Shown: positions 6,673 through 16,276, numbered from the stretch's first letter. The stretch: DNA of 24,869 nt from an uncultured delta proteobacterium (GCA_963712115.1 CAVQGX010000041.1:1-24869); one strand, 5' to 3'. Notes: generated by a model not told the origin, from the letters alone. Numbers and translations: made by a program.

Positions 6673-7578
6673 TTGGATAATGATGCCAAAACCAGGGAGG
6701 AGCTCATTGCGGAGATAAAAGATCTCCGAGCCCGCCTTGCGGAAACCGAAGAGGCTTTACTCGCTGCCAGTAAAAGCAGAAATAATCATGTGCGTAAACA
6801 TGCCGAGGACGAAATCCAGTGGGCCAAAGAAAGAAACCACGAGCGGGCGAGAGCCGACGAACTATTGCAATTTGAAAAAAGCGAGCACCGGCATTCCGAG
6901 AAAGAACTGGAGAAAACGCGTGAGCAGCTTCAGGATGTTTCCTTTAGACTTCTCTTGGCCGAGGAAACGGAGAGAAAACGAATCGCCCAGGAGATTCATG
7001 ATGGCATCGGGCAACATTGGTCCACGGTTAAACTTCGAATGGAAAGAATTCTAAGCCAGCTTGATAAAGAGATCGCCACGCCCTTGAGGGATATCCTTCC
7101 CATCATTCAGGTGGGCCTAGAAGAAACCCGTCGAATTCAAATGAATTTGCGGCCCGCCCTCCTGGACGATTTAGGGATATTGGCTACCATTAACTGGTTT
7201 TGCCGGGAATTTCAACAGGCCCACCCGGACATCCGCGTGGAAACGAAGATCGATGTCCAAGAGGATGATATTCCCAATCCCGTAAAGACCGTCATTTATC
7301 GGGTTTTGCAGGAAGCCCTTAACAATATTTCCAAACATAGCCAAACGACTCTTGTCAACCTCTCCTTACACAAAGAAGAGGGAACGATAGAATTCACTAT
7401 TCAAGACCATGGTCAGGGATTTGATATGAATGCGGTTATTTCTCTGAAGAGTTACGACAAAAGACTGGGGCTCTCCGGTATGAGAGAGAGAACTCATCTT
7501 TCAGGTGGATCCTTTTCGATTGAGTCCACAAAGGGGATAGGCACCACCATCTGGGCATCATGGCCTTTGCCTGTTTAG
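6673..7578 (+). CDS. Soluble NarX/UhpB-type histidine kinase (HisKA_3 + HATPase_c)
   Basis: ERKRIAQEIHDGIGQ H-box, LRPALLDDLG, YRVLQEALNNISKHS N-box, DHGQGF, LGLSGMRER. TTG start. Confidence 0.92.
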   Translation: MDNDAKTREELIAEIKDLRARLAETEEALLAASKSRNNHVRKHAEDEIQWAKERNHERARADELLQFEKSEHRHSEKELEKTREQLQDVSFRLLLAEETERKRIAQEIHDGIGQHWSTVKLRMERILSQLDKEIATPLRDILPIIQVGLEETRRIQMNLRPALLDDLGILATINWFCREFQQAHPDIRVETKIDVQEDDIPNPVKTVIYRVLQEALNNISKHSQTTLVNLSLHKEEGTIEFTIQDHGQGFDMNAVISLKSYDKRLGLSGMRERTHLSGGSFSIESTKGIGTTIWASWPLPV

Positions 7579-7833
7579 CCGGTCTTATCAGCTAGCAGCG
7601 GTCAGCTTGCAGCCCGCAGGTAGTTAATTAGGGAATTAGGAAATTAGGAAATTAGTCAAATAATTGATCGTTCACCGTTTACCGTTTACCATTTACCACA
7701 CCAACGACTTCAACGACTTTTACGCTTTTAACGAATTGACTAATTCTCTAATCAACTAATCAACAAAAAGCTATGCGTTCCGCTTACCGCTCACTGCTCA
7801 CCGTTTACTGAATTGTTCGCTTGGCCCGACCAC
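7571..7833 (+). repeat. Family-A spacer S3
   Basis: Starts CTGTTTAGCCGGT. Contains AATTAGGA, TTTACCG, CAACGACTT, CTAATCAA and GCTCACT tandem repeats. 29-bp motif at 7805-7833. Confidence 0.9.
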
Positions 7834-7945
7834 AGCCCGCACCAGCTCGCCACTTAGATACTGACGATAGATGTATTCCCAAAAGACTGAGTCACTGCCA
7901 GACCAAACAGATGGACTAAATTCCTTCGCTTCGGACTTGGCCTTA

Positions 7946-8668
7946 TTAAGTGCTACCAAATACCTTTTTTAAAATATCCGTAGTCCTTGCTACAGGGTCA
8001 GTTCTGATCTTCTTCTCCTCTTGGCCCACCATGTAAAAGAGTCCATCCAAGGACTCTTCTGTCACGTAATGATCGAGGTCAAGAGATTCGGCCTTTGCAA
8101 AAGGAATCGTCGTGTACTTGTCCATCATGTTCTTATAAGCGCGGGTAACCCCTACTTCATTCATGCTCGATGAGACACTGGGCTCGAAGGCGGCATAGAG
8201 CTTGTCGTGCATTTTCTCTCTGAAGTAGTCGGTTGCAGCAGTATCATTACCTTTGAGGATCTTTTGAGCATCTTCAAAGGTCATCTCCTTGAGGGCTTCG
8301 ACAAAATAGGATTTTGCTTGGGGAGCGGCATTTTCTGCAGCCCGGTTCATACTACGAACAAAATCATCAACTTGTTGTTGAAAACCAAATTTCTTGAGGG
8401 TGTCTGCAACTGTGCGTATTTTTTCTGGCACAAGAATCTTGATAGCCTCATTGCCAAAGTAGCCATTTAGAGTAGCCACGGAGCTTACCGCATTATCAGT
8501 ACCCTGAGAAAGGGCCTCCTTTAGACCGGCGATAATGGTGTTCTCATCAAGGCTTTCCTGGGAGGCCGGGGTAATTATTTGCTTAGCTTTATCCCAAAAC
8601 CCCGCCTCACCGGAAGAAGCCAGCACCACAAGAGCCAAAAATCCCATTATAATCAATATGTTTCTCAT
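7946..8668 (-). CDS. DUF4197 family secreted protein
   Basis: GLKEALSQG, GYFGNEAIKILVP, SMNRAAENA, AATDYFR, LDGLFYMVGQEEKKIRTDP..RTTDILKKVFG. Confidence 0.9.
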   Translation of the reverse strand: MRNILIIMGFLALVVLASSGEAGFWDKAKQIITPASQESLDENTIIAGLKEALSQGTDNAVSSVATLNGYFGNEAIKILVPEKIRTVADTLKKFGFQQQVDDFVRSMNRAAENAAPQAKSYFVEALKEMTFEDAQKILKGNDTAATDYFREKMHDKLYAAFEPSVSSSMNEVGVTRAYKNMMDKYTTIPFAKAESLDLDHYVTEESLDGLFYMVGQEEKKIRTDPVARTTDILKKVFGST

Positions 8669-8906
8669 ATTTTCAACTCTTTCCTTGTAATCTCTAAACT
8701 ACTAACTAACAACGCGAGGTAATTTCGCTGTCTGTTCACACTCTCTTCACCTGCTTGCTTGTGAGGTTACCTGCGTGTGCAACTCGTAAGTTGAGATAAA
8801 TTTGTCTCTGATAAATGACTCTATTTAGGCTGTGTTAACTGTGTTTTTTGTTGCATCACCTATAATTCAACATGTTTTCTACTCTAGCAAAGCGACCACT
8901 GTACTG

Positions 8907-9368
8907 CTACGCTGCTTCTACTGACAACTCCGAAGTGCAGTGTCCACAACGTGCGGCTTTGATGGGTATTGTCGATAGACAGTGAGGACACTCTTTGGTT
9001 GTCGGTTCCGCTGGCGGAGCCTCTTCTTGGCGCTTCATTTTGTTGAGGCCACGGATTAGCAGAAAAACTGAAAAGGCCACAATGATAAAGCTAATGATGG
9101 TATTTGCGAACATACCGTAGTTGATTGTGACCGCACCGGCCTTCTGCGCATCAACAAGGGCAGCATAGGGTCCAGCGGTGGCGCCTTGTTTGAGAACGAT
9201 AAACAGGTTGCTGAAATCAACATTGCCCAAGAGCAAGCCAATTGGCGGCATGATGATATCGGCGACGAGTGATTTGACAATTGTACCAAAGGCCGCACCA
9301 ATGATGATACCTACAGCCATGTCAACTACGTTACCTCTCATGGCAAACTCTTTGAATTCTTTTAACAT
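8907..9368 (-). CDS. mscL: Large-conductance mechanosensitive channel with C-terminal CxxC...CxxC extension
   Basis: [44 protein letters not shown]; [16 protein letters not shown]. Confidence 0.96.
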   Translation of the reverse strand: MLKEFKEFAMRGNVVDMAVGIIIGAAFGTIVKSLVADIIMPPIGLLLGNVDFSNLFIVLKQGATAGPYAALVDAQKAGAVTINYGMFANTIISFIIVAFSVFLLIRGLNKMKRQEEAPPAEPTTKECPHCLSTIPIKAARCGHCTSELSVEAA

Positions 9369-9461
9369 CTTTTACTCCTTATGCTCTTACAGGTATTTGC
9401 GATCCTTCTAGAATCCTTTTTCCTGCTTTTCGTGCTTTTATTTGTGATACGCGATGAAAGG

Positions 9462-10157
9462 CTACTCTTTAAGCTTTATCCGCAAATGCCCTTCGCGAAT
9501 CTTAATATCCTCAACCCCTTTGGAAAATTGATCCCAGAATCCCCCCTCGCTGCCGAATTCTTCCACCAGGTTCTTATTCTTAATATCGCCCCACCAGGCA
9601 CTGGGCAGGGGGACTCCACCCAAGCTCACCCCGCGTATGGCCACAATTGGCCGATCCTCTTTGTAGCTAAGTGTGACGCCAAAAAACAGCCGCAGTGTTT
9701 TCCCGCCGAGGATAGGAAAATCTTCATCCATAGGTACTAACAGTTTCACACTTATCAAATCGTCGGCAAGATCAATCGCCACACGCTTTGCTGTCTCTGG
9801 ATCTTTGGCAATGAGTGCATTTAATTCCTTTTCCGAAAGGCTGATTTCTCTTTTGGCGTCGTCCTCACTATAACGTTCAGGCTCGAGCGGCCTACTTGGA
9901 TGGTAGGGCTTCGCTTTCCTGACGGGAGGCTTTTCCTTGACCGCCGATACCTCTAACTTGGCAAGCTTTGAATCTAGCACCTGCTGTTCCTTAACACTCA
10001 GGCGCGTCGGCTCAAACTGGGAAGCATAAATGTTTTTCTTGACCCACCAAGCTGAGAGCAGAGCGCCAACAATGATGGCGATGAAAGCGATCAATAGGAC
10101 GTGGTGCCATCCAAAACGACTCTTTTTCGGAAGGGTTTTAAAGTCTGTTTCAGTCAT
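9462..10157 (-). CDS. Membrane-anchored hypothetical protein
   Basis: 231-aa ORF with one N-terminal TM helix, in an apparent operon between the AsmA gene and mscL. Conserved-looking SEKELNALIA and GVSLGGVPLPSAWWG. Confidence 0.75.
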   Translation of the reverse strand: MTETDFKTLPKKSRFGWHHVLLIAFIAIIVGALLSAWWVKKNIYASQFEPTRLSVKEQQVLDSKLAKLEVSAVKEKPPVRKAKPYHPSRPLEPERYSEDDAKREISLSEKELNALIAKDPETAKRVAIDLADDLISVKLLVPMDEDFPILGGKTLRLFFGVTLSYKEDRPIVAIRGVSLGGVPLPSAWWGDIKNKNLVEEFGSEGGFWDQFSKGVEDIKIREGHLRIKLKE

Positions 10158-10179
10158 AGCTCTAAATTTACAATGTCCT

Positions 10180-12186
10180 TTATTTACCGAACGGGAGTCC
10201 CTTGATAAGACGCTTGGCCTTTTCCTCTGAAGGAATCGACTCGCCTTCGCTCTTCCCCAGTTCTTCCATGCCCTTTTTCAAGCCAGAAGCATCGGGTACC
10301 TTGCCTTGGAGACTCTTTCTAATTATAGACTCTAGGTCTGGACGGAACTGTGGGGAAGAAAACGTACCTGTCACCAGCACAGGCACCGCAATTCCTGACC
10401 GGTCAGTTGTATCGCCCTGCCCCTTCATCGTGGCTACAAACGTTGGTTCCACCCGAAAATCGAGGGTCTCGTCCACCAGATCGGCCTTACCCTTCGCCAA
10501 TATGCGCAGGAAGGGATTCAGTAATGTGGTGTTTAGGGTGTTGAAGACACCATTGGTTATCGTAAAAGGCGCACGAAGCTCGGCAAAGTCAGTCCTCGGT
10601 TTTTCCATACCTTTCTCTTTACCGAAGGCGGACTCAATGTTGCGAACCATTCCCGCCAAGTCGATGCCCACGATGGCCCCGTCATTGAAGTCCAATTCGC
10701 CCTTGCCGTTCAGCATGGGCTTTATCTTTTCGGCGCTATCTCCCGTCATAGCCAAAGCCACTTGGGCACGCATAGTTCCCTCAAGGAAATCCTTTTCCAT
10801 CAGGTCTTTGAGCAGGGGGCTAACCTTAACCCCGTTCATCTGCAAGCTGAGCTCAGTGGCGGGGGTATTTCCACGCGCGTCCAAAGTTGCCTTCGATTTC
10901 ATATCCCCCTCGTAAAGTCTCATGCTGAGGGGATCCAAGTTCATAACGCCCCCACGACCCCTGATCGTCAGATCGAGATCCTGAATGCGAGCGTTTTTGA
11001 CCTTGAGTTTGTCTATGTGGACTCTACCATCCACAACTAACTTTCGCAGTGGAGTGTAATCGGTCTTCTTTGCAGGGGGAGCAGCAGCTTCAGTCTTGCC
11101 AAGCTTGTCCTGAGAGACCGGCAGGTAACGATCGAGGTCAATCTGGTCCAGTTTGAGATCGAAGGTCACATTGGGCTTGGAAAACTCTTTGAGATTAGCA
11201 AAGAACTTGAGCTTGGAGTCGTCAAGTTCCAGGGCTCCGTCCTTCAAAGTCAGTGTTTGCGCATTACCCTGAACGGAAACTTTCAGAGCCAACCGCTTCA
11301 GCACATCTGGATCGGCTGGAGTTAGCGGCAGCGGTTTGCCGAAAGCAGTGGCCAACTTTCTGGGCGAAAATGGCTCAATCTGGACGTCCAGATCGTATAC
11401 GGGGCGAGTCGTCGCATCCGTTACCTGGCCCTGGAACTTTGCGTCCACCGTTTCAACAATACTTGCCGACAAATCCATGGTTAGTGCGCCCTCGCCGGGT
11501 TTCTTGCCCAGGGGACCTATTTTCCCTTTCAGTGAGAAAGCCTTGCCTTCAACGAGTCCGGACAAAGAAATGCTGATGGGTCGGTCCAGAGAAATCCCAT
11601 CCAAACTTAGGGTTAACTCTTTGAGCTCGTGCCGCTCTTGTCGGACGTGGTCGATCAAGAGAATGTTACCGTCCTTTATTGTGAACGTTCCAACGACAAG
11701 GCTCTCTATGGGAAGCCCCCCTCCCCCTCTGTCTTTCGGTTTTTTCTCTCTTGCTTCAGGTTTTGCCTGGGCGTCGCTCTTAACCTTTCCCAGCCCCTCC
11801 CAGTTGGCCTTACCGTCTTTGGATTTCTCCAGAACAATCCTCGGTTGGACCAGAACAAATTGTTTTACCTGGATATCTTTGAAGAGCAAGGGTAGGAGCT
11901 TAACCTGAAACTCGAATGATTTTATTGTGATAAAATCTTTTTCCTTGAAACCGGGTGGGGCACCCAAGCGAAGGTCTGACAAGGCCAAGCCTGCCCAGGG
12001 AAATAGGGAGAGCTTCAGGTCGCCGCCCAGGGTGAAAGGACGCCCCGAGGCCTCAGACACCTTACTTTCAATCAAGGGCTTGTACTTCTGGACGTCAACA
12101 AATCTGGGAATGATTAGAAGGGCCAGGAAACAAAGTATTAATGCGGTTGCGGTTATGAGCAACACCCACTTGATGACCTTTTTCAT
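10180..12186 (-). CDS. AsmA family protein
   Basis: N-terminal TM, YKPLIESKVSEASGRPFTLGGDLKLSLFP, LDQIDLDRYL, LNGKGELDFNDGAIVGIDL, TDFAEL, VPVLVTGTFSSP. Start moved to MKKVIK (AGGTGG upstream). Confidence 0.92.
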   Translation of the reverse strand: MKKVIKWVLLITATALILCFLALLIIPRFVDVQKYKPLIESKVSEASGRPFTLGGDLKLSLFPWAGLALSDLRLGAPPGFKEKDFITIKSFEFQVKLLPLLFKDIQVKQFVLVQPRIVLEKSKDGKANWEGLGKVKSDAQAKPEAREKKPKDRGGGGLPIESLVVGTFTIKDGNILLIDHVRQERHELKELTLSLDGISLDRPISISLSGLVEGKAFSLKGKIGPLGKKPGEGALTMDLSASIVETVDAKFQGQVTDATTRPVYDLDVQIEPFSPRKLATAFGKPLPLTPADPDVLKRLALKVSVQGNAQTLTLKDGALELDDSKLKFFANLKEFSKPNVTFDLKLDQIDLDRYLPVSQDKLGKTEAAAPPAKKTDYTPLRKLVVDGRVHIDKLKVKNARIQDLDLTIRGRGGVMNLDPLSMRLYEGDMKSKATLDARGNTPATELSLQMNGVKVSPLLKDLMEKDFLEGTMRAQVALAMTGDSAEKIKPMLNGKGELDFNDGAIVGIDLAGMVRNIESAFGKEKGMEKPRTDFAELRAPFTITNGVFNTLNTTLLNPFLRILAKGKADLVDETLDFRVEPTFVATMKGQGDTTDRSGIAVPVLVTGTFSSPQFRPDLESIIRKSLQGKVPDASGLKKGMEELGKSEGESIPSEEKAKRLIKGLPFGK

Positions 12187-12261
12187 AATCCACCTAACAA
12201 CCTTTGCCTGAACTTCCCACCATGTTCCTTGCACAGGTGGGTCAGTCTGAGGATAAATTTT

Positions 12262-12741
12262 CTACACTAAAGCACCCTTGATGATATTCGTAACTGTTGA
12301 TCCGGCCTCAGACTGGCCAAAGTCCAGGATGGTCTTGACATATTTGTCTACCATGCCAGCATCCAAACCTAGTTTGGCGAAACTTTCCGTTAGACCGGCC
12401 ATCCCTCCAGTCAGGTTGGATTTACCACCAAGCGCTGGGGTAAGACCTCCAATCTGTCGGGATAAATCGCTGGTTTTGGGTGCAAATTCCAGGAGGGAAT
12501 CAACACCAGGGAGGGCGCTGGTCACCTTGGCAAAATCTTCAGCACTTACTTTCTGTTTCACGTAGTCAAAAATAGTTCCAGCCCCGCCCTTGGCCTGAGA
12601 TTCGGTGACTCCAAGGCTTTGAGTTAGCAGCGGTATTAATTTCATCACATCTGCACGGACAGTTTGGCTGGCTAAGAAAATAAGCATGGATACTAGGACG
12701 AATCTTTTAGGTAGTTTATATATCTTCATCATTCTCCTCAT
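12262..12741 (-). CDS. DUF2780 (VcgC/VcgE-like) secreted protein
   Basis: Signal peptide, LTQSLGVTESQAKGGAGTIF, ALPGVDSLL, FAKLGLDAGMV. True start may be 12732 or 12729. Confidence 0.85.
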   Translation of the reverse strand: MRRMMKIYKLPKRFVLVSMLIFLASQTVRADVMKLIPLLTQSLGVTESQAKGGAGTIFDYVKQKVSAEDFAKVTSALPGVDSLLEFAPKTSDLSRQIGGLTPALGGKSNLTGGMAGLTESFAKLGLDAGMVDKYVKTILDFGQSEAGSTVTNIIKGALV

Positions 12742-12847
12742 GGGCCGTGGGGTAGGTGTTCTCTAAACGAGTTCAGGTGGTACGTATCTAAGTATCGTCT
12801 GGCTTTTTGTCAATTGGAAGTGACTGAAGAGAGAAAGCGGGAAGAGG

Positions 12848-13062
12848 GGATTTTGAATTGCGGATGTGGGAAGGCATAGAGTAAAGAATTTTGAATTCGC
12901 CCTATGCTCCATGCCCTCACCTATTACAACAAATGACAGCGTAGCGTAGTGACCTAATGACGGCCAAGCCAAGTGACATAAATAGCCTTGCTCCTTGAGC
13001 CCTGCGCCTTATGCCTTTCTTACCGCTCACCGCTTACTGAATTGTTCGCTTGTTCCGACCAC
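12848..13062 (+). repeat. Family-A spacer S4
   Basis: 67-bp core module at 12924-12990. Terminal motif at 13034-13062 with two substitutions. Confidence 0.9.
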
Positions 13063-13097
13063 GACCCCACGACGGCCCCACGGCCCTGTTTCAGATC

Positions 13098-13432
13098 TCA
13101 CACGAGGTCAGAAAGCCCAAGCCGCTCGAGTGTTTCAGCCTTTTGCAAGCCTGACTCAGAGTCCCAGCCTCGGAGTTCATAAAATTCCTTGCGCATCTCT
13201 TCGAATACATCCCTATCCAAAGTTTGACCCTTTCGACTAATTACTTCTTCGCCCGGCCCGGGGACGATCACATCGGGGTTCATGAACACGGTTTCAACGG
13301 GATCAACAAAATTGAATTCTTCCGGAACATCATCTACTTTGGGTCGCCGTCCTTCCCGTAAAAGAACGCAACGTTGAAGATTGAATATTCTTTCGCCATA
13401 CTGATGAAGCCCGGCTTCATCAGTTTCGATGC
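13098..13432 (-). pseudogene. Duplicated 3' fragment (~110 codons) of the AOR gene
   Basis: Protein identical to the AOR C-terminus except D>E and A>P. No native start; the GTG at 13442 lies inside the repeat. Confidence 0.9.
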
Positions 13433-13474
13433 GTTCGCTCACCGCTTACTGAATTGTTCGCTTGGTCCGACCAC
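13429..13474 (+). repeat. Family-A spacer S5 (minimal)
   Basis: ATGCGTTCGCTCACCGC followed by the motif at 13446-13474. Confidence 0.9.
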
Positions 13475-13509
13475 GACCCCACGACGGCCCCACGGCCCTG
13501 TTTCAGATC

Positions 13510-15408
13510 TCACACGAGGTCAGAAAGCCCAAGCCGCTCGAGTGTTTCAGCCTTTTGCAAGCCTGACTCAGAGTCCCAGCCTCGTAGTTCATAAAATTCC
13601 TTGCGCATCTCTTCGAATACATCCCTATCCAAAGTTTGACCCTTTCGACTAATTACTTCTTCGCCCGGCCCGGGTACGATCACATCGGCGTTCATGAACA
13701 CGGTTTCAACGGGATCAACAAAATTGAATTCTTCCGGAACATCATCTACTTTGGGTCGCCGTCCTTCCCGTAAAAGAACGCAACGTTGAAGATTGAATAT
13801 TCTTTCGCCATACTGATGAAGCCCTGCTTCATCAGTATCGATGCCGGTTACGGCGGAAAAAATTCTACTCTCGAGGGTAGGATCTCCAACGTGATCGGGG
13901 GTATTCCAGGAAACCATCAAAGGCCAGACGGAATCACACAACAGCAGGCTGTCTTTGACGTAGGTTCGATCGATGATTTTAGCTGCCGCCATGGCCTTTC
14001 CTTCATGGGTATTCAGATCCCACGCCTTCTCGCTTCCCCAGAATTTGGTGGCCGCGGCCCGAAATACCTCGGATGTTACCGGTGAAGATTTGGGATCGGC
14101 TTGATTCATGACCCATAAACCGGTTAACCAACTTATTTCGTGAAGCATGGCAATTGGCTGTCTAGGTTCCAAGGCGTACAACAGACCGTTCATAAGATAT
14201 TCCCGTGCAGAGTAACTGGCACCATCTCCGACGCCGGATACCTCGTTTGAAAAATACGCCCTGGCTTTTTCACCGAGCTTCTCGCCGACTCGAAGGAGGC
14301 CTTCGGCCAGAATATCGCCAAATCCTTCTCGACGAGCAATCATATTGGCGAGATTCTCAAAAAACTCACGGGTGCCCAGCTTTGAGATATCAAGCCCGGT
14401 CTGCTTATCGGTAAGGTAGCCGGACCTGTAGCAAGTGTCCAACCATTGAACGACATTGTACATTTCCATTGTGCAGATCGACAAATCATTACAGATCCCT
14501 GTGGCATCAACAGCGGTCTCCATGGACTCTCCCTGTCTTCCCAAAACCCATGGAAAATAGACGAACATGGATTGACATTTTCTCACAACGTTCTTCCCGG
14601 ACGCCGTACGAAAAGAGTTTCTATACTTACAATCGAGACCGCATTGGAAACAAGACGACTGTCCGGTTCGACGAACCTGTTCCTCAGGAAAAGGGGCTAG
14701 GAGTGGGTCACGCTTATTTAAATGGATTGTCAATTTATTGAGTTCTTTTAATTCCTCCGCTTTTGCTACCAATGGACTTCCCGTTCCCAGTACCGCTACG
14801 GCCTTGAGGTTTTTAGATCCCAGCACCGCACCGAACCCACCAGTGGCGCTCCCTTCATTGTCTGTCATCAGATTGGCACTCCGGCACATGTTTTCACCGG
14901 CCACACCGGTGGTTACGAATCGCACATTTTTTCCATGCGACTTTTTTAAGATGTCCCGAACCTCATAAACACCCTTTCCCCAAAGCGAAGAACCATCTAA
15001 AATTTGGGCTTCCCCGTCGTGGATCCAGAGATAGACCGGCTTTGCCGATCGTCCTGAGATGACCACACCGTCGTAGCCTGCTTTTTTTAAGTAGGGACCG
15101 AAAAATCCGCCAAGGTTCCCATAACAGAACCCTTCCGGCATCAACATGGGGGACTTGCCAACGACTTCAAACCGGGAAGCACCTTGGGCACCGGTAGCCC
15201 CCAGAGGACCAGTCATGAAAATCAGGTGATTCTCAGGATCAAAAGCTCCTACATTGGGCCCTACTTCCTCCCAGTAAATCCGAGTGGCAATCCCTCGCCC
15301 GCCCAGGAAACGGTCTGCATAGTCCATGGTCTTCAGTTCGCTGATTCGCAGTTCAGAGAGATCTATCTTGAGTATCTTGCCACACCACCCATATATGCTG
15401 GTCGTCAT
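13510..15408 (-). CDS. Tungsten-dependent aldehyde:ferredoxin oxidoreductase family protein
   Basis: YGWCGKILKIDLS, FLGGRG, GGFFGPYLKKAGYDGVVISG, GFGAVLGSKNLKAV, Fe-S CxxCxxxC (CFQCGLDC) plus DSLLLC, REGFGDILAEG, FYELRGWD..TLERLGL. GGAGG RBS. Confidence 0.93.
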   Translation of the reverse strand: MTTSIYGWCGKILKIDLSELRISELKTMDYADRFLGGRGIATRIYWEEVGPNVGAFDPENHLIFMTGPLGATGAQGASRFEVVGKSPMLMPEGFCYGNLGGFFGPYLKKAGYDGVVISGRSAKPVYLWIHDGEAQILDGSSLWGKGVYEVRDILKKSHGKNVRFVTTGVAGENMCRSANLMTDNEGSATGGFGAVLGSKNLKAVAVLGTGSPLVAKAEELKELNKLTIHLNKRDPLLAPFPEEQVRRTGQSSCFQCGLDCKYRNSFRTASGKNVVRKCQSMFVYFPWVLGRQGESMETAVDATGICNDLSICTMEMYNVVQWLDTCYRSGYLTDKQTGLDISKLGTREFFENLANMIARREGFGDILAEGLLRVGEKLGEKARAYFSNEVSGVGDGASYSAREYLMNGLLYALEPRQPIAMLHEISWLTGLWVMNQADPKSSPVTSEVFRAAATKFWGSEKAWDLNTHEGKAMAAAKIIDRTYVKDSLLLCDSVWPLMVSWNTPDHVGDPTLESRIFSAVTGIDTDEAGLHQYGERIFNLQRCVLLREGRRPKVDDVPEEFNFVDPVETVFMNADVIVPGPGEEVISRKGQTLDRDVFEEMRKEFYELRGWDSESGLQKAETLERLGLSDLV

Positions 15409-15816
15409 TTGTTCCTCCTCTGGGGTTAGGTTTTTACATGTTGCAATGAGAAAAATTAGGGCTTCGTGGACTGGCCGCTCTAGTCAAAGATTATACACCA
15501 GACTCTGGCACGGATTGTCTCAAAACAAGGCCAGACATGATCGTGTCCTGATTCGTGGGGTTTAATTACTTTTTCTGCTGAAGCCGTATCCTTTTCCGCC
15601 GTTGATATCTTTACTTACGGAGAAACACGGAATCAGCAATTGTAGAGTTAGTCTAATGGGCCGCAAGGGAAGTTTCAAGATTGGTTTCATAAGAGGGAAT
15701 TTACATTTATTCCCTTTGGGTTCAGAATCACCCGGCAAGACGGATACGGCAAGTCTATGGACGTCCCCCGATGTTACTTATTTACAAATGGACGTGCCTA
15801 TTTTCCCCTCATAGCC

Positions 15817-16104
15817 TTATTCACCACAGCATTTTTTGTACTTCTTCCCGCTACCACATGGGCAGGGCTCATTGCGTCCAACTTTCTTTTCGGCTATCTT
15901 CGTCTGCGGTGTATCTAATAATATTTCTAAATCGGTGATGTCCTCTGGTTTATCTGGCTCCAATCCAATTGTATAGTTCCAACCCTTTTCTTCAAATATC
16001 GATGCTACTTCTTTCAATCTTTCTTCGGTTTGTACATTAACAACAGCGGGTCTCTTTGCAGTACCTAATTTTGTCTTCTTTTTGCCATCATAAATTTTTT
16101 CCAT
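15817..16104 (-). CDS. SEC-C metal-binding motif protein (PBPRA1643-like)
   Basis: [18 protein letters not shown]...EDITDL and C-terminal [18 protein letters not shown]. Alternative TTG start at 16119. Confidence 0.88.
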   Translation of the reverse strand: MEKIYDGKKKTKLGTAKRPAVVNVQTEERLKEVASIFEEKGWNYTIGLEPDKPEDITDLEILLDTPQTKIAEKKVGRNEPCPCGSGKKYKKCCGE

Positions 16105-16145
16105 CTTTTCACCATTCAATAAATATCATAGGATTCATCTAATAT

Positions 16146-16276
16146 TAGCCTGGTCCGACCACCGACCATTTTCGCTTTGCGCCATGCGCTCTTCCTCTTA
16201 CGACAAATGACAGCGCAGCGTAGTGACCTAATGACGGCGAAGCCAAGTGACATAAATCGCCTTGAGCCCTGCGCCT
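16146..16276 (+). repeat. Family-A spacer S6 (partial motif plus core module; left part of the spacer split by pagL)
   Basis: TAGCCTGGTCCGACCAC at 16146-16162; core module at 16198-16264; ends CCCTGCGCCT. Confidence 0.85.

Larger units (their letters stand above)
13024..13844. repeat. 412-bp-period tandem duplication (13024-13432 / 13436-13844)
   Basis: The two copies differ at 6 positions by my count. Each unit is the terminal motif plus the AOR 3' end. Confidence 0.95.

Noticed and set aside
8703-8796. Imperfect inverted repeat (8712-8726 / 8763-8776) with minus-strand GTTAGTT shortly before the DUF4197 start, as a degenerate attC
   Set aside because: No matching R'' box at the right spacing, and it is single copy. 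It may be a leader hairpin.
10202-11908. Long plus-strand ORFs 10202-10915 and 11336-11908, and similar antisense ORFs elsewhere
   Set aside because: They are shadows of well-supported opposite-strand genes and have no recognisable motifs.
13098-13844. AOR 3' duplication as a DGR template/variable repeat pair
   Set aside because: No reverse transcriptase or Avd is in the window, there are only 6 differences (two not involving an adenine on the coding strand of the intact gene in the expected pattern), and the target is not a ligand-binding display fold.
15409-15560. Moco/tungsten riboswitch or sigma54 promoter upstream of AOR
   Set aside because: No recognisable riboswitch fold. TGGCACG (15506) lacks the -12 TTGC and faces away from AOR. 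Only a minus-strand TATAAT (15490-15495) is present, without a properly spaced -35.
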